NCBI GenBank assembly: GCA_044070495.1
Contig: JBIPSI010000037.1
Coordinates: forward strand, 1-48,700
Direction: 5' to 3'
Length of the DNA: 48,700 bases
Source of the DNA: Spirulina sp.
Lineage (GTDB): Bacteria; Cyanobacteriota; Cyanobacteriia; Phormidesmidales; Phormidesmidaceae
Shown here: positions 7,093-17,507 of the stretch, one piece after another
Layout: each line of letters begins with the position of its first letter
Numbering within the stretch: position 1 is the first letter of the stretch
Program-made: the position numbers and the translations under genes
Notes under the pieces: generated by a model
Told to the model about the DNA's origin: nothing
The model's database searches: none
Seen by the model: only the letters and a program-made list of their open reading frames with translations

Positions 7093-9192
7093 TTAGGCGT
7101 TGATGCGTCCCGCCATCGGAGAACTGGGGCTGGCGGTAGTTTGGATGGGGATGCGTCCGGCGTGGTAGGCCAGTCGTCCGGCCTGGGTGGCGAGGCCCAT
7201 GGCGCGACCCATGGCCACGGGGTTTTGGGCCTTGGCGATGGCGGTGTTAATCAGCAGGGCATCGGCCCCCATTTCCATGGCCAGGGCGGCTTCGCTGGGG
7301 GTGCCAATCCCGGCATCCACCACCACGGGCACCTTGGCATTTTCGATGATGATTTGGATATTGGCGGCGTTGCGGATGCCCTGGCCAGAGCCAATCGGAG
7401 AACCGAGGGGCATCACCGTGGCGCAGCCCGCTTCCTCTAGGCGTTTGGCCAGCAGGGGGTCGGCGTTGATGTAGGGCAGCACCGCAAAGCCTTCCTTCAC
7501 CAACTGTTCCGCCGCCTCTAGGGTGCCGATGGGGTCGGGCAGCAGGTATTTGGCGTCGGGGATCACCTCTAGTTTGACGAAGTTGTTGTCTTCCTGGCCC
7601 AGCAGTTTGGCCATTTCTCGGCCCAGCCGCGCCACTCGGATGGCCTCTTCGGCGGTTTGGCATCCGGCGGTGTTGGGCAGCATCCAAATCTTCGACCAGT
7701 CCAGGGCTTCGGCGAGACCTTCGTGTCCAGGGGCATTGGTCTGCACCCGCCGCACCGCTACGGTGACAATCTCGCAACCGCTGGCGGCAATGCTCTGGCG
7801 CATGGTTTCAAAGTCGTCGTACTTGCCCGATCCGGTCATTAGGCGGGAGGCGAAGGAGCGTCCGGCGATGACCAGGGGATTGTCGGCGGGGATAGCGGCG
7901 GCGGCGGATTCGAGGGGAGTGGCGGTTAGGGTCATGGTGGGTTGGGATAGGGAGTCGGGAGTCGGGAGTGGGGAGTCGGGAATCGGGTAGGGGCGGGGTT
8001 TCCCCGTTCCCAAAACGTCGGGAGTCGGGTAGGGGCGGGGTTTCCCCGTTCCCAAAGCGTCAGGATTTGGGGGGCCGTTAAAACGCTGATAGGAGAAGGG
8101 GGGGAGGAGATCGGGGGTGCGTCCGGCGAGGTATTCGGCAATCAGGTGGGCGGTGATGGGGGCGAGGAGGATGCCGTTGCGGTAGTGTCCGGTGGCGAGG
8201 GTGAGGTTGGCGGCGGGGCCGGGGCCGAGCAGGGGCATTTCGTCCGGGGTGGCGGGTCGGTAGCCCCACCAGGTTTGTTCGAGGGTGCAGTCGGCCAGCC
8301 AGGGCAGTAGGGCGATGGCGTTGGCCAAGAGCTGGTTGACTCCGGCGGCGGTGTTGCCGGGGGCAAAGCCGACTTCCTGGCTGGTGGCCCCCAACACGAT
8401 GCGGCCATCCTGGCGGGGCACGATGTAGATGTTTTCGCCAAACAGCACCCGTTGCAGGGGTTGCACGGTGCCCAGGGCTGGGGGCACTCGCAAACTGGCC
8501 ATTTCGCCCTTTTTAGGGAAGACGGGCACAGGCAGCAGGTCGTAGCTCCAGGCTCCGGCGGCGAGGACGATGTGATCGGCCTGGAAGTCGCCAGCCTGGG
8601 CGGTGCAGACGCGCTCGATGCGGCCTTGGGATTGCCGCAATGCGGTGGCCCCAACCCCTTCGTGAATCGTCACCCCCAGATCGAGAACCGCAGCACGCAG
8701 GGCTTTCACGAGGGCTTGGTTATTCACTTGGCCATCTTCGGGATACCAAAAGGCACCTTGCACCCCAGCGCCTAGTCCGGGCTGGTAGTGGGCGAGGGCT
8801 GCGGCGGTTAACCATTGCCCTTGGGCAGTGTCCTGGGACACCTGATTCCCCTGGGATCGCTGATCCGTGAAATCAGATAAATCAGGCTCTTGGAAACGCG
8901 GAGCCAAAATGCCGCTGGGCCAATAGCCGACGGATTGCCCGGTGAGGGCTTCAATTTTCGCCACCCAGTCGGGATAGCGTTCCAAGCTGGCCAAGCACAG
9001 ATCCAGCATGGGGCCAAGGGGAATACCCTCGGCACGGGGGGCCAACATTCCGGCGGCGGCATGGCTGGCGGCGGCGGCAAAATCGCGGCTGAGGATGGCC
9101 ACGCTAGCCCCCTGCTGGCGCAGTTCTAGGGCAATGGCCAACCCCATCATGCCCCCGCCCACCACGAGGATGTCCTGTCCCGCCTGTGTCAT
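7093..9192 (-). CDS. thiG: Fused glycine oxidase ThiO / thiazole synthase ThiG (ThiG part from about 7935)
   Basis: [11 protein letters not shown] motif, [20 protein letters not shown]; then [27 protein letters not shown]. Confidence 0.93.
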   Translation of the reverse strand: MTQAGQDILVVGGGMMGLAIALELRQQGASVAILSRDFAAAASHAAAGMLAPRAEGIPLGPMLDLCLASLERYPDWVAKIEALTGQSVGYWPSGILAPRFQEPDLSDFTDQRSQGNQVSQDTAQGQWLTAAALAHYQPGLGAGVQGAFWYPEDGQVNNQALVKALRAAVLDLGVTIHEGVGATALRQSQGRIERVCTAQAGDFQADHIVLAAGAWSYDLLPVPVFPKKGEMASLRVPPALGTVQPLQRVLFGENIYIVPRQDGRIVLGATSQEVGFAPGNTAAGVNQLLANAIALLPWLADCTLEQTWWGYRPATPDEMPLLGPGPAANLTLATGHYRNGILLAPITAHLIAEYLAGRTPDLLPPFSYQRFNGPPNPDALGTGKPRPYPTPDVLGTGKPRPYPIPDSPLPTPDSLSQPTMTLTATPLESAAAAIPADNPLVIAGRSFASRLMTGSGKYDDFETMRQSIAASGCEIVTVAVRRVQTNAPGHEGLAEALDWSKIWMLPNTAGCQTAEEAIRVARLGREMAKLLGQEDNNFVKLEVIPDAKYLLPDPIGTLEAAEQLVKEGFAVLPYINADPLLAKRLEEAGCATVMPLGSPIGSGQGIRNAANIQIIIENAKVPVVVDAGIGTPSEAALAMEMGADALLINTAIAKAQNPVAMGRAMGLATQAGRLAYHAGRIPIQTTASPSSPMAGRINA
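7950..8061. repeat. Heptamer STRR-like run (GGGAGTC) plus two REP-like direct repeats with 42-bp period in the thiO-thiG linker
   Basis: gggagtc/gggagtg/gggaatc from 7950; tcgggtaggggcggggtttccccgttcccaaa(a/g)cgtc at 7983 and 8025. Confidence 0.85.
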
Positions 9193-9261
9193 GTCTGGTT
9201 GCCTACTGATTTGCTGCCTAGTGGTTTGTCGTCTAACGGTTTACGGTCTAAGGATTCATCC

Positions 9262-9412
9262 TATAGCGGTTCCCGATTGGGTGAGATAGACCTTTGCTGG
9301 GTTCTAGATCCCCCCAGAACCTAGCTGGCTCAGTTTTACTTTGTCACCCCCCTTGGTAAGGGGGGCAGGGGGGATCATCGCCATGTCCTTCACCTGTGGG
9401 AAATCCGCGATG
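9262..9412. mobile_element. About 150-bp MITE-like element, family 1, copy 1
   Basis: Colinear similarity with 39887..40036; TATAGCGG left end, degenerate right end; internal ccccctt/aaggggg hairpin. Confidence 0.75.
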
Positions 9413-9441
9413 AGTCCAGGCAGATAACCCCCGGTACGGCT

Positions 9442-9466
9442 GGGCGAGGAGACCTCACCCCTACGG
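9442..9466 (-). repeat. GTAG-type REP-like palindrome
   Basis: Reverse complement of the ccgtaggggcgaggtctcctcgccc unit at 39859 (one mismatch). Confidence 0.7.
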
Positions 9467-9566
9467 TTTAGCCGCGAATGCCTGTCCTGGGAACATTTGT
9501 CCCTGTGACATTTTAGGCCATAGGATCTAGACAAGCAGAAACTTGATCCCTTAAGGAACCGACCCT

Positions 9567-10526
9567 GTGAACATCGCTTTTATTATCGACCCCATCGAAC
9601 GCCTCGACCCCGGCCACGATACCAGCATCGCCTTGATGGAGGCGGCCCAGGAAAAAGGGCACCAGGTCTGGATCACCGAAGCACCCTTCCTGAGTGTGGT
9701 GGGTGGCAAGGCTTATGGGCTGTTGCGGCGGGTGGAACTGACCCCGGTGCAACTGGTGGATGGCCATTGGGTGGCGGATGAGCAATGGTACGAGGTGGAC
9801 GAGGTGGAGCAGCGTCCTCTGGAAGACATGGACGTGGTATTCATGCGGACGGATCCGCCTGTGACCGTGCCCTACCTCTACGCCACTTACATTTTGGACT
9901 ACATCGACCCAGCCAAAACTCGCGTGATCAACTCGCCCAAGGGCATCCGCGCCGCCAACGAAAAGATGTATGCCCTGCAATTCACAGAGGCCATTCCCGA
10001 AACCATCGTCAGCCAAAACAAAGCGGTGATTCGTGAAACTGTGGAACGCTGGGGCGCGGCGGTACTCAAGCCCCTAGGCGGCAAGGCGGGCGAGGGCATT
10101 TTGTTCCTGCAAGCGGGGGATCGCAACCTCAACTCCATGGTGGAAATCAGCACCCGCCAGGGCCGAGAACCTGTGATGATTCAAACCTACCTCCCCGCCG
10201 CCAAGGAGGGCGATAAGCGGATTATTCTGCTCAACGGCGAACCCATTGGTGCGGTGAATCGTATTCCTACGGGCAGCGAATTTCGCGGCAACATGGCCGT
10301 TGGCGGTCGGGTCGCCCAGGTAGACATCACCGACCGCGAGCAAGACATCTGCCACCAACTGGCCCCCACCCTGCGCCGAGACGGCCTCTACTTTGTGGGC
10401 ATCGACATCATCGGCGGCTACCTCACAGAGGTCAACGTCACCAGCCCCACGGGCATTCGGGAAATTGACCGTCTCAATAACGTGCGTTTGGGCCATCAGG
10501 TGATGGACTGGCTGGCGGAACAGTAG
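9567..10526 (+). CDS. gshB: Glutathione synthetase
   Basis: HDTSIALM, FMRTDPP, ANEK, KPLGGKAGEG, GDKRI, FRGNMAVGG, EVNVTSPTG. Confidence 0.96.
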   Translation: MNIAFIIDPIERLDPGHDTSIALMEAAQEKGHQVWITEAPFLSVVGGKAYGLLRRVELTPVQLVDGHWVADEQWYEVDEVEQRPLEDMDVVFMRTDPPVTVPYLYATYILDYIDPAKTRVINSPKGIRAANEKMYALQFTEAIPETIVSQNKAVIRETVERWGAAVLKPLGGKAGEGILFLQAGDRNLNSMVEISTRQGREPVMIQTYLPAAKEGDKRIILLNGEPIGAVNRIPTGSEFRGNMAVGGRVAQVDITDREQDICHQLAPTLRRDGLYFVGIDIIGGYLTEVNVTSPTGIREIDRLNNVRLGHQVMDWLAEQ

Positions 10527-10575
10527 CCTCCGGTCAAAGATCCCAGTGGGCTGGGGGTTGGGTGGAGAATACCCC

Positions 10576-10723
10576 CTGGCTGACTGACACAACGCCGAAA
10601 AGCCTTGACCCCTCGTAGGTTGGGTGGCGCGATAGCAGAACCCAACAAGCCCAAAATCCTCTGCGGGTGTTGGGTTCCGCTTCGCTGAACCCAACCTACT
10701 TTAGAGATGTGTCAGGCAATCAG
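10576..10723. mobile_element. 148-bp MITE, family 2, with 15-bp imperfect TIRs, 9-bp target duplication and internal REP doublet
   Basis: GAATACCCC at 10567-10575 and 10724-10732; ends ctggctgactgacac / gtgtcaggcaatcag (12/15 match); internal gtaggttggg...cccaacctac. Confidence 0.82.
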
Positions 10724-10963
10724 GAATACCCCTCTGTGACCCAAGGTAGACCCCTGGGATCTAGGGGGCTCAGCCACCGGGAGGAAGGATTAAATTAAAA
10801 AGTATTGCGTTTCCCTTTAGATTGAAAAAATAATCGCTTGAACCCGCATTTTGTGGCTCGAAGTCGCTACAATTCAGGCGTCCAGCGGTGCCCCTGCCGT
10901 CCAAATTGTTGTCGGCGACGGTGTGGCCGTTGGTGTTGTGTCGTTGCCTCAGGAGTGTCCCCG

Positions 10964-11971
10964 TTGAGCCAGTCATCAACTTCTTCCTCCAAGTCACTGC
11001 TATCTACCCCGGTTTTGATGGGGGCAGGGATCGCCTGGGGCGTTTTTAGCCTGCTTTTCTCGTTATTGTTTAGTCCCTCTGGGGGAAACGACCCCGCCGA
11101 TTGGTTTGTATTGGGCATTAACTTCCTCGAAACAGGCGCTTTTTTGATTGCCTCGTTGCTGTGCTTTCGCAACTGGCGCAGCCCCCAAATCGTCAGTGGA
11201 CGAACCGTGTGGTTTTGGATTGGCCTAGGGCTGATGATGTACGTCCTCGGCAACGTGTTCTTCTTTTTGTGGGGGAACGTCTGGGGGCTGGATCCAGCGG
11301 TTTCCTTCGGTGACTTTTTCTATATCCTCAGCTACGTGTTCCTGTCGGTGGGGATGTTTCAGGCGGTGCTACCCCGACGGCTTAACCTTGAACTTTCCCA
11401 GTGGTTGATTGTGTTGGGGATTGGCCTAGCCGGAATTTTGCTGTCTATTTTTGTGAAAGTGCAGTCCGTCGAAGCTGCCTTCCTGCCCCCCACAAGCCCC
11501 CCATCACCCGCTGCCTACCTGATCGCCCAGGCTCCTCCCGCCGATGGCGTTGCTCCCGATATCCCCGCTCCTGTGACGGCTCCCGAACCCGTGGCTTCCC
11601 CCGCAGAAGCGCCCTCCTCCGCTCCGGGCTGGGCGTTGCAAATTGATAATCTGCTCAGACCCTTTGAGGGCCTGGTGGGCTTTCTCTACCTATTTGGCGA
11701 CATTGTTTTGCTGATCATCGCCGGAACCCTGCTGGTGGCCTTTTGGGGCGGGCGGTTTTCCCAGTCCTGGAAGCTGATTGCCGTGGCGGCGGTTTTCCTT
11801 TACCTGGCCGATATGTTTTTCCTCTACGCCAACAACACCAATACCTACGTAGAGGGCGTAGTGTGGGAAGTCTTTTGGACGCTGTCGGCGGTCTTTTTCT
11901 GGCTGGGGGCCGTGGTAGAACATGCCGTTTCTGTAAATTCTCGCCGTAGTTCTCGCCGCCGAAGGGGGTAG
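10964..11971 (+). CDS. Multi-pass membrane protein of unknown function with Pro/Ala-rich loop
   Basis: Several hydrophobic helices; TTG at 10964 preceded by AGGAG chosen as start. Confidence 0.75.
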   Translation: MSQSSTSSSKSLLSTPVLMGAGIAWGVFSLLFSLLFSPSGGNDPADWFVLGINFLETGAFLIASLLCFRNWRSPQIVSGRTVWFWIGLGLMMYVLGNVFFFLWGNVWGLDPAVSFGDFFYILSYVFLSVGMFQAVLPRRLNLELSQWLIVLGIGLAGILLSIFVKVQSVEAAFLPPTSPPSPAAYLIAQAPPADGVAPDIPAPVTAPEPVASPAEAPSSAPGWALQIDNLLRPFEGLVGFLYLFGDIVLLIIAGTLLVAFWGGRFSQSWKLIAVAAVFLYLADMFFLYANNTNTYVEGVVWEVFWTLSAVFFWLGAVVEHAVSVNSRRSSRRRRG

Positions 11972-12014
11972 GGCGGCTTAAGATGTTAGATGGCATGATT
12001 GCGAGAACCCGTCT

Positions 12015-13142
12015 ATGGCACCCAAAAAGCTAACCGAGGCCGACAAAGTCGCTATCTTGGGGCTATATCGCCAACCCGAAGAGACCACCTCCACCTTGGC
12101 TGAGCGATACGGGGTGAGCAACAGTACTATCAGTCGTCTGCTTAAGGCCAGTCTGCCCGAAGCAGAATACAAGCGCTTGATCCAACAAAAGCGGGGATCC
12201 TCGGATCGAGGTTCAGATTCTGTAGCCGCGCAGCCCGTGGATGCCCCTGCGAGTGCGCCTGCCCCTGATCCTACCCCCAGTCACCCTGAGGACAGCCCTT
12301 CGGTCGATAGCGCCCCTGTTGCCAAGGTAGAAGGCAGCAAGGCACCTCCCATTCTCAAAAAACGCGGATCTACCCCTGAGGCCCCTGAGGCCACAGACGT
12401 AGCCACTCCCTCTAATCATCCAGCCGATACCGTTGCTAAGGGAAACCAGACAGCGGACTCCCCGGACGGCCAGGGCAAAACTCGACGGCGGCGATCCCGA
12501 TCTGCCAGTGCGGCCCCAGAGTCTTCCTCTGAGGATGCTACCCAACTCGCCCTTTCCACCGAAGCCACCGCCGAAGATAGCCCAGAGGAGGCCACGGAGG
12601 ATCGATCAACCCCGGCCCCATCCCGCCCAGAACTGATTAAGAAAGGGCCGATTAAGAAAGGATCGGTGGCCAAAGCTGACGTTCCCGATGCCGCCAGCGT
12701 AGCCTCAGACTGGGAGGACGAAGCCTCCGACCTAGACGACGACTACGCCGAGGACGATGACGACGACGAGGACGATGAGGATGCCTGGGACGGAGATACC
12801 TCGGAACTGGCTCCGCACCTAGAGGCCGTTGAAATTATTCCCCTCACTCCCAGCGATTTGCCCGCCCAGTGCTACTTAGTAGTGGAGCGGGTGTCTTCAG
12901 AGTTGGTGGTGTTGCCCCTCAAAACCTTTGCCAGCCTAGGCCAAATTCCCGAAGAAGAGGGGGATCTACGTACCCTGCCGGTGTTTGATAACCACCGGGT
13001 AGCCCGTCGGTTTTCCCGGCGCAACCAGCGGGTGATCAAAGTGCCCGATGGCAATCTACTGCAAACCACCCGTCCCTACCTCCAGGCCAAGGGCATTAGT
13101 CGGCTGCTCATCGATGGCCAAGTCTTTGCCTTGGAGGAATAG
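12015..13142 (+). CDS. Cyanobacterial protein with N-terminal HTH, long disordered acidic linker and globular C-terminal domain
   Basis: TTSTLAERYGVSNSTISRLLK HTH; D/E tract; LPVFDNHRVARRF. Confidence 0.8.
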   Translation: MAPKKLTEADKVAILGLYRQPEETTSTLAERYGVSNSTISRLLKASLPEAEYKRLIQQKRGSSDRGSDSVAAQPVDAPASAPAPDPTPSHPEDSPSVDSAPVAKVEGSKAPPILKKRGSTPEAPEATDVATPSNHPADTVAKGNQTADSPDGQGKTRRRRSRSASAAPESSSEDATQLALSTEATAEDSPEEATEDRSTPAPSRPELIKKGPIKKGSVAKADVPDAASVASDWEDEASDLDDDYAEDDDDDEDDEDAWDGDTSELAPHLEAVEIIPLTPSDLPAQCYLVVERVSSELVVLPLKTFASLGQIPEEEGDLRTLPVFDNHRVARRFSRRNQRVIKVPDGNLLQTTRPYLQAKGISRLLIDGQVFALEE

Positions 13143-13237
13143 GCGGAGGGCTGCCTAGGATGGGTTTGCCCCCCAACCCGACCGACCTGCCTTCGTCCAC
13201 GGAGACCACAAGCCCCTGCAACGGGAATGGAGGAAAC

Positions 13238-13849
13238 ATGGCCCTCAGTCCTCGCCTGGTTCAGCGTTTGTTGCGTTTGGCCCAGACTATCGATGCCCTG
13301 ATCGAACCCATCGGCAAGGCTCTCAACGGCCTAGTGCTGCTGTTGGTGGCCATCGGCTTCTATAACGTGATGGCTCGTTTTATTGGGCGCTGGGTGGGCA
13401 TGTCGCTGTCCTCCAACGCCCTGATTGAGCTGCAATGGTATTTATTTGCGCTCATTTTTTGGCTGAGCTTTCCCTACATCCTCAAGCATGGGGCCAACGT
13501 GCGGGTAGACTTTCTGGAATCCCGCTGGAGTAGCCAACGCAAGGCGCTGATTGGCTTTTGGGGCACCGTGCTGTTTCTAATCCCTTTCTGTCTGCTGGCC
13601 TTGGGGGTTACCTTTCACCCTGTCCTACAGTCCTGGGGACGCTTGCCCGATGGCAGTTGGGGCCGCTGGGAAGTCTCCGCCGATGCCGATGGTCTTCCTA
13701 GGGCACCGATTAAAACCATGGTGCTGGTGTCCTTTGGGTTGCTGCTGATTCAGGGGGTGGCCCAGGCCATCAAGTATTGGGCGGCTTGGGCTGGCCATAG
13801 CAGCGAGGCGGCAGCCCTAGTGGAATCGGAACTGCCGCCCCTGGAATAG
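13238..13849 (+). CDS. TRAP transporter small permease (DctQ family)
   Basis: ELQWYLFA, ANVRVDF, GLPRAPIKT; GGAGG before ATG 13238. Confidence 0.85.
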   Translation: MALSPRLVQRLLRLAQTIDALIEPIGKALNGLVLLLVAIGFYNVMARFIGRWVGMSLSSNALIELQWYLFALIFWLSFPYILKHGANVRVDFLESRWSSQRKALIGFWGTVLFLIPFCLLALGVTFHPVLQSWGRLPDGSWGRWEVSADADGLPRAPIKTMVLVSFGLLLIQGVAQAIKYWAAWAGHSSEAAALVESELPPLE

Positions 13850-13917
13850 GTAAATTCCCGTTGTTACGAGAATCATGATTTATAGCGCCGGTGGTGTCTT
13901 AACCCACTAACCGATGG

Positions 13918-15123
13918 CTAGACCGCCTCAAAGTCGATGGGGTAGTCCACCTTCTCCACCCAGGGCAGGCCAAACTCTCCAAGCTGGGCCAGGAAGGGAT
14001 CGGGGTTAAACTGCTCTACATTCCAGACACCCGCCCCGCTCCATTGGCCCGTGAGCACCATGGCGGCACCGAGCATGGCCGGAACCCCGGTGGTATAGGA
14101 TACGCCCTGGGCTCCGGTTTCGCGGTAGCAGGCGGCGTGGTCGCAGTTGTTGTAGATGAAGTAGGTGCGTTCTTGGCCATCCTTTACCCCTCGGATTTGG
14201 CAACCGATGGAGGTTTGGCCAGAGTACCCCTCACCGAGGGAGGCAGGTTCCGGCAGCACGGCTTTGAGGAACTGGAGGGGCACAATTTCCTTGCCTTCGT
14301 ACATCACCGGATCAATGCGGGTCATGCCAACGTTTTCCAGCACTCGCAGGTGGGTGAGGTAGTTTTCCGAGAAGGTCATCCAAAAGCGGGCGCGGCGGAG
14401 GGTGGGGAAGTGTTTGACGAGGGATTCCAACTCCTCATGGAAGAGTAGGTAGGATTCGCGAGGCCCCACCTCCGGGTAGTTCACCGGACGATGCACGGAG
14501 AGAGGATCGGTTTCGTGCCACTGTCCCTGCTCCCAAAAGCGCCCCCGCTGGGTAATTTCGCGAATGTTGATTTCGGGGTTGAAGTTGGTGGCAAAGGCCT
14601 TTCCATGGTCGCCAGCGTTGCAGTCCACAATGTCGAGGGTGTGGATTTCATCGAAGTGGTGCTTCACCCCATAGGCGGTGAATACTCCCGTCACACCAGG
14701 GTCAAAACCGCAGCCGAGGACGGCGGTGAGGCCCCGTTCCTTGAAGCGATCCTGGTAGGCCCATTGCCAACTGTATTCAAACTTGGCCACGTCGGGGGGC
14801 TCGTAGTTGGCGGTATCCAGATAATGCACCCCGGCTTCTAGGCAAGCCTCCATCAGGTGCAGATCCTGGTAGGGCAAGGCCACATTGATCAAAATGGCGG
14901 GCTGGAAGCTGCGGATCAACTCGACGGTCTCCGCCACATTATCGGCATCCACCGCTGCGGTTGAGAGACGCGGGGAGTTAATTCGCGCTGCAATGGCGTC
15001 GGCCTTCGCTTTGGTGCGACTGGCCAGCATCACCTCGGAGAAGACGCTATCGTTCTGCACACACTTGTGCGCCACCACATTGCCTACGCCGCCTGCCCCG
15101 ATGATTAGTACACGCTGTCTCAT
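13918..15123 (-). CDS. Saccharopine dehydrogenase family, probable carboxy(nor)spermidine dehydrogenase
   Basis: IGAGGVG, NVALPYQDL, YLDTANYEP, GCGFDPG, FATNFNPEINIRE, VSYTTGVPA. Confidence 0.88.
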   Translation of the reverse strand: MRQRVLIIGAGGVGNVVAHKCVQNDSVFSEVMLASRTKAKADAIAARINSPRLSTAAVDADNVAETVELIRSFQPAILINVALPYQDLHLMEACLEAGVHYLDTANYEPPDVAKFEYSWQWAYQDRFKERGLTAVLGCGFDPGVTGVFTAYGVKHHFDEIHTLDIVDCNAGDHGKAFATNFNPEINIREITQRGRFWEQGQWHETDPLSVHRPVNYPEVGPRESYLLFHEELESLVKHFPTLRRARFWMTFSENYLTHLRVLENVGMTRIDPVMYEGKEIVPLQFLKAVLPEPASLGEGYSGQTSIGCQIRGVKDGQERTYFIYNNCDHAACYRETGAQGVSYTTGVPAMLGAAMVLTGQWSGAGVWNVEQFNPDPFLAQLGEFGLPWVEKVDYPIDFEAV

Positions 15124-15245
15124 CCCTGACCGATCTCCTTTCAGATCATCGTTTGATCATTTCCTGGCAGATACAGTGTAATCGAAATAGAGCGGATGCC
15201 GGTGTGGGGCAATGCTCAAGCCTGCCTTAGCCGCCGCTGATCACC

Positions 15246-15273
15246 AAAAAGGCGCAGACTACCTCTGCGCCTT
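15246..15273 (-). terminator. Intrinsic terminator after glnB
   Basis: aaggcgcag/ctgcgcctt stem with U-run on the minus strand. Confidence 0.7.
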
Positions 15274-15336
15274 AGCATGGTCGGTTTTGCCCTAGGGCTT
15301 CGCCACCCGAATTCTCGTCGAGGAGAACCAAGAACC

Positions 15337-15693
<357 letters not shown>

Positions 15694-15755
15694 TTAGCGT
15701 TAACCGCTGACAATCTCAGCCGACCTATGTTTAGCGATCTTGACCCTTACAATAC

Positions 15756-15771
15756 TGTATCTTGCGATACA
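15756..15771 (-). promoter_or_regulatory. NtcA binding site upstream of glnB
   Basis: tGTAtcttgcgaTACa = GTA-N8-TAC, about 80 nt upstream of glnB. Confidence 0.8.
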
Positions 15772-15807
15772 AGTTTGCATCTCGGATGCGGAAACCGCCT
15801 AAGTTCC

Positions 15808-16488
15808 CTAACGAGAACCATTGAGGAGGGGTCTCATAATCAGGAAACCGGCCCCAAAGGCGCTCACCACAATCAGCAGAATGGTGGCCGCCAGCCACAG
15901 ACCACTGAGATCGGCATGGCGCTCTCGGCTTTGCCCTGGGCGGTTCAGGTCGAGCCGCTCCTCGGTGTAGAGCATTTGGTGCTGGGGGCGCTTCATCTTC
16001 GGCTGAGCCGCCTTGGCTTTGCTAGGGGCCTTAGCCGCCTTAGCCTTGGGGCTAAATATCTGAGCCATGTGATCCGTCAGGTGCGACACCCCCGCTAAAG
16101 GATTGTCTAGGCTGCGGCTTTCCTCGGTCAGATCCATGGCAGCAGTGGAATCTGAGAGCGTCGCAGACCGGGGCGGTTCTACGGCAATGGGCTGGAGCGA
16201 GTAGGCGGCAGGTGGAGCGTCGCTGGCGGTAGGCTGGCCATCCACCACCTGTTTCAGGTGGGCGGCAGAATCGGCAAATTTCAGCATTTCCTGGCGCAAA
16301 AATAGGTTTTGCTGGCCTAGCTGCTGATTTTGCTGCGTCAGGGAGTCTACCAGGGCCTGGGTCGCTTTTAGCTCCGTAGCCAATTCACGATAGACCGAAA
16401 TCGGCACAGAAGGAGCCTGTCGAGATCCTTGGGCCCGATCCGTAGCCGCAGGTTTAACCAAGGATTCTGAAGAGTAGGAGGCGTTCAT
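15808..16488 (-). CDS. Hypothetical protein with coiled coil and C-terminal membrane anchor
   Basis: PSVPISVYRELATEL coiled coil; C-terminal TM LWLAATILLIVVSAFGAGFLIMRP. Confidence 0.75.
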   Translation of the reverse strand: MNASYSSESLVKPAATDRAQGSRQAPSVPISVYRELATELKATQALVDSLTQQNQQLGQQNLFLRQEMLKFADSAAHLKQVVDGQPTASDAPPAAYSLQPIAVEPPRSATLSDSTAAMDLTEESRSLDNPLAGVSHLTDHMAQIFSPKAKAAKAPSKAKAAQPKMKRPQHQMLYTEERLDLNRPGQSRERHADLSGLWLAATILLIVVSAFGAGFLIMRPLLNGSR

Positions 16489-16606
16489 GGTGGGTATCGG
16501 CAGCAATTAACGACGGATATTCTAGGGATTGAAATTGGTTTGCCCAAGGGTAAACCAATTTGACGAAATTGAACCAGCTTTTGGGAGAAATTTCCTAAGG
16601 GAAATC

Positions 16607-17413
16607 CTAGGCGTCTTGGGACTTTTCCTTAGGTGCTTCTGTGGCCCCTAGGGCGGCGACTAAGGCTTCCCCATCGGTAACAAAGCCAAAGCATTGATTC
16701 ACGTTATATACCGTGGCCTGGGCGCAGTAGTCAGGAGAGGTGGTGGCGCTACAGTCACGGAGCAAAATACAGTCGTAACCTAAAAAGTTGGCATCCTGCA
16801 AGGTGGCCATAACGCATTGATCCATATTCACCCCGGCGAAAAAGAGGGTGGTTTTGCCGAGGTTACGCAGGATGCTATCGAGGGGGGTGTCCCAAAATCC
16901 GCTCATGCGGTATTTATCGACTCGGATGTCCTCCGCTTGGGGCGTTAGTTCATCCACCACCGCCGCCGCCCAACTTCCTTGGATTAGTACTGGAGATCCA
17001 TGCTTGGGCAGGGGATCTCCTAGCCCCACCCCAGCCCCGGTGGGGTTATAGACATGGCGCAACCCCGCACTAATGTTGAGCAGATCAGGACGGTTGCCCC
17101 AGTTCACCCACATAATGGGCACCTGGGCCTGACGCAGATGGGGCAGCAGCCGCTGCAACGGGGCAATGGGGGCGCGGGCAGGCGTGACATCCACGCCAAT
17201 GCTAGCCAACCAGCCGTCGGGGTGGCAAAAGTCGTTCTGCATATCCACCACGAGGCAGACAGATTTATTGAGATCTAGGCGTAGGCGTTTGGTATCCGTC
17301 GGCAGCTCTATGGATCGCACGGGTAAGGCTGGACGCCGGATATCGGCCCACCGATCATCAACCCACCAGCCCTGGGCTGGGGTTCCTAGCGGTCGCAGGG
17401 TTGAATCCTCCAC
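16607..17413 (-). CDS. Isochorismatase-family cysteine hydrolase
   Basis: Catalytic D-K-C motifs VVDMQNDF, DKYRMSGF, GVNMDQCV; substrate not determinable. Confidence 0.88.
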   Translation of the reverse strand: MEDSTLRPLGTPAQGWWVDDRWADIRRPALPVRSIELPTDTKRLRLDLNKSVCLVVDMQNDFCHPDGWLASIGVDVTPARAPIAPLQRLLPHLRQAQVPIMWVNWGNRPDLLNISAGLRHVYNPTGAGVGLGDPLPKHGSPVLIQGSWAAAVVDELTPQAEDIRVDKYRMSGFWDTPLDSILRNLGKTTLFFAGVNMDQCVMATLQDANFLGYDCILLRDCSATTSPDYCAQATVYNVNQCFGFVTDGEALVAALGATEAPKEKSQDA

Positions 17414-17507
17414 ACTACACCTCGCCTTTGGACTTCACCTGAAGACTATGCGGTCATCCATGGTCGATGGCAGATCATCACCCCATGGGCCTAGGGTGGC
17501 GTGGGGT

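Noticed and set aside
9304..9534. 76-aa ORF (also 39929..40183 and 10074..10694)
   Set aside because: Translations of MITE/REP DNA or antisense to gshB
12015..13142. Possible transposase because of the N-terminal HTH
   Set aside because: No DDE or HUH catalytic region, no terminal repeats, host-like context
16607..17413. Assignment as biuret or triuret hydrolase
   Set aside because: Catalytic-site motifs differ from those I recall and no supporting neighbours are present
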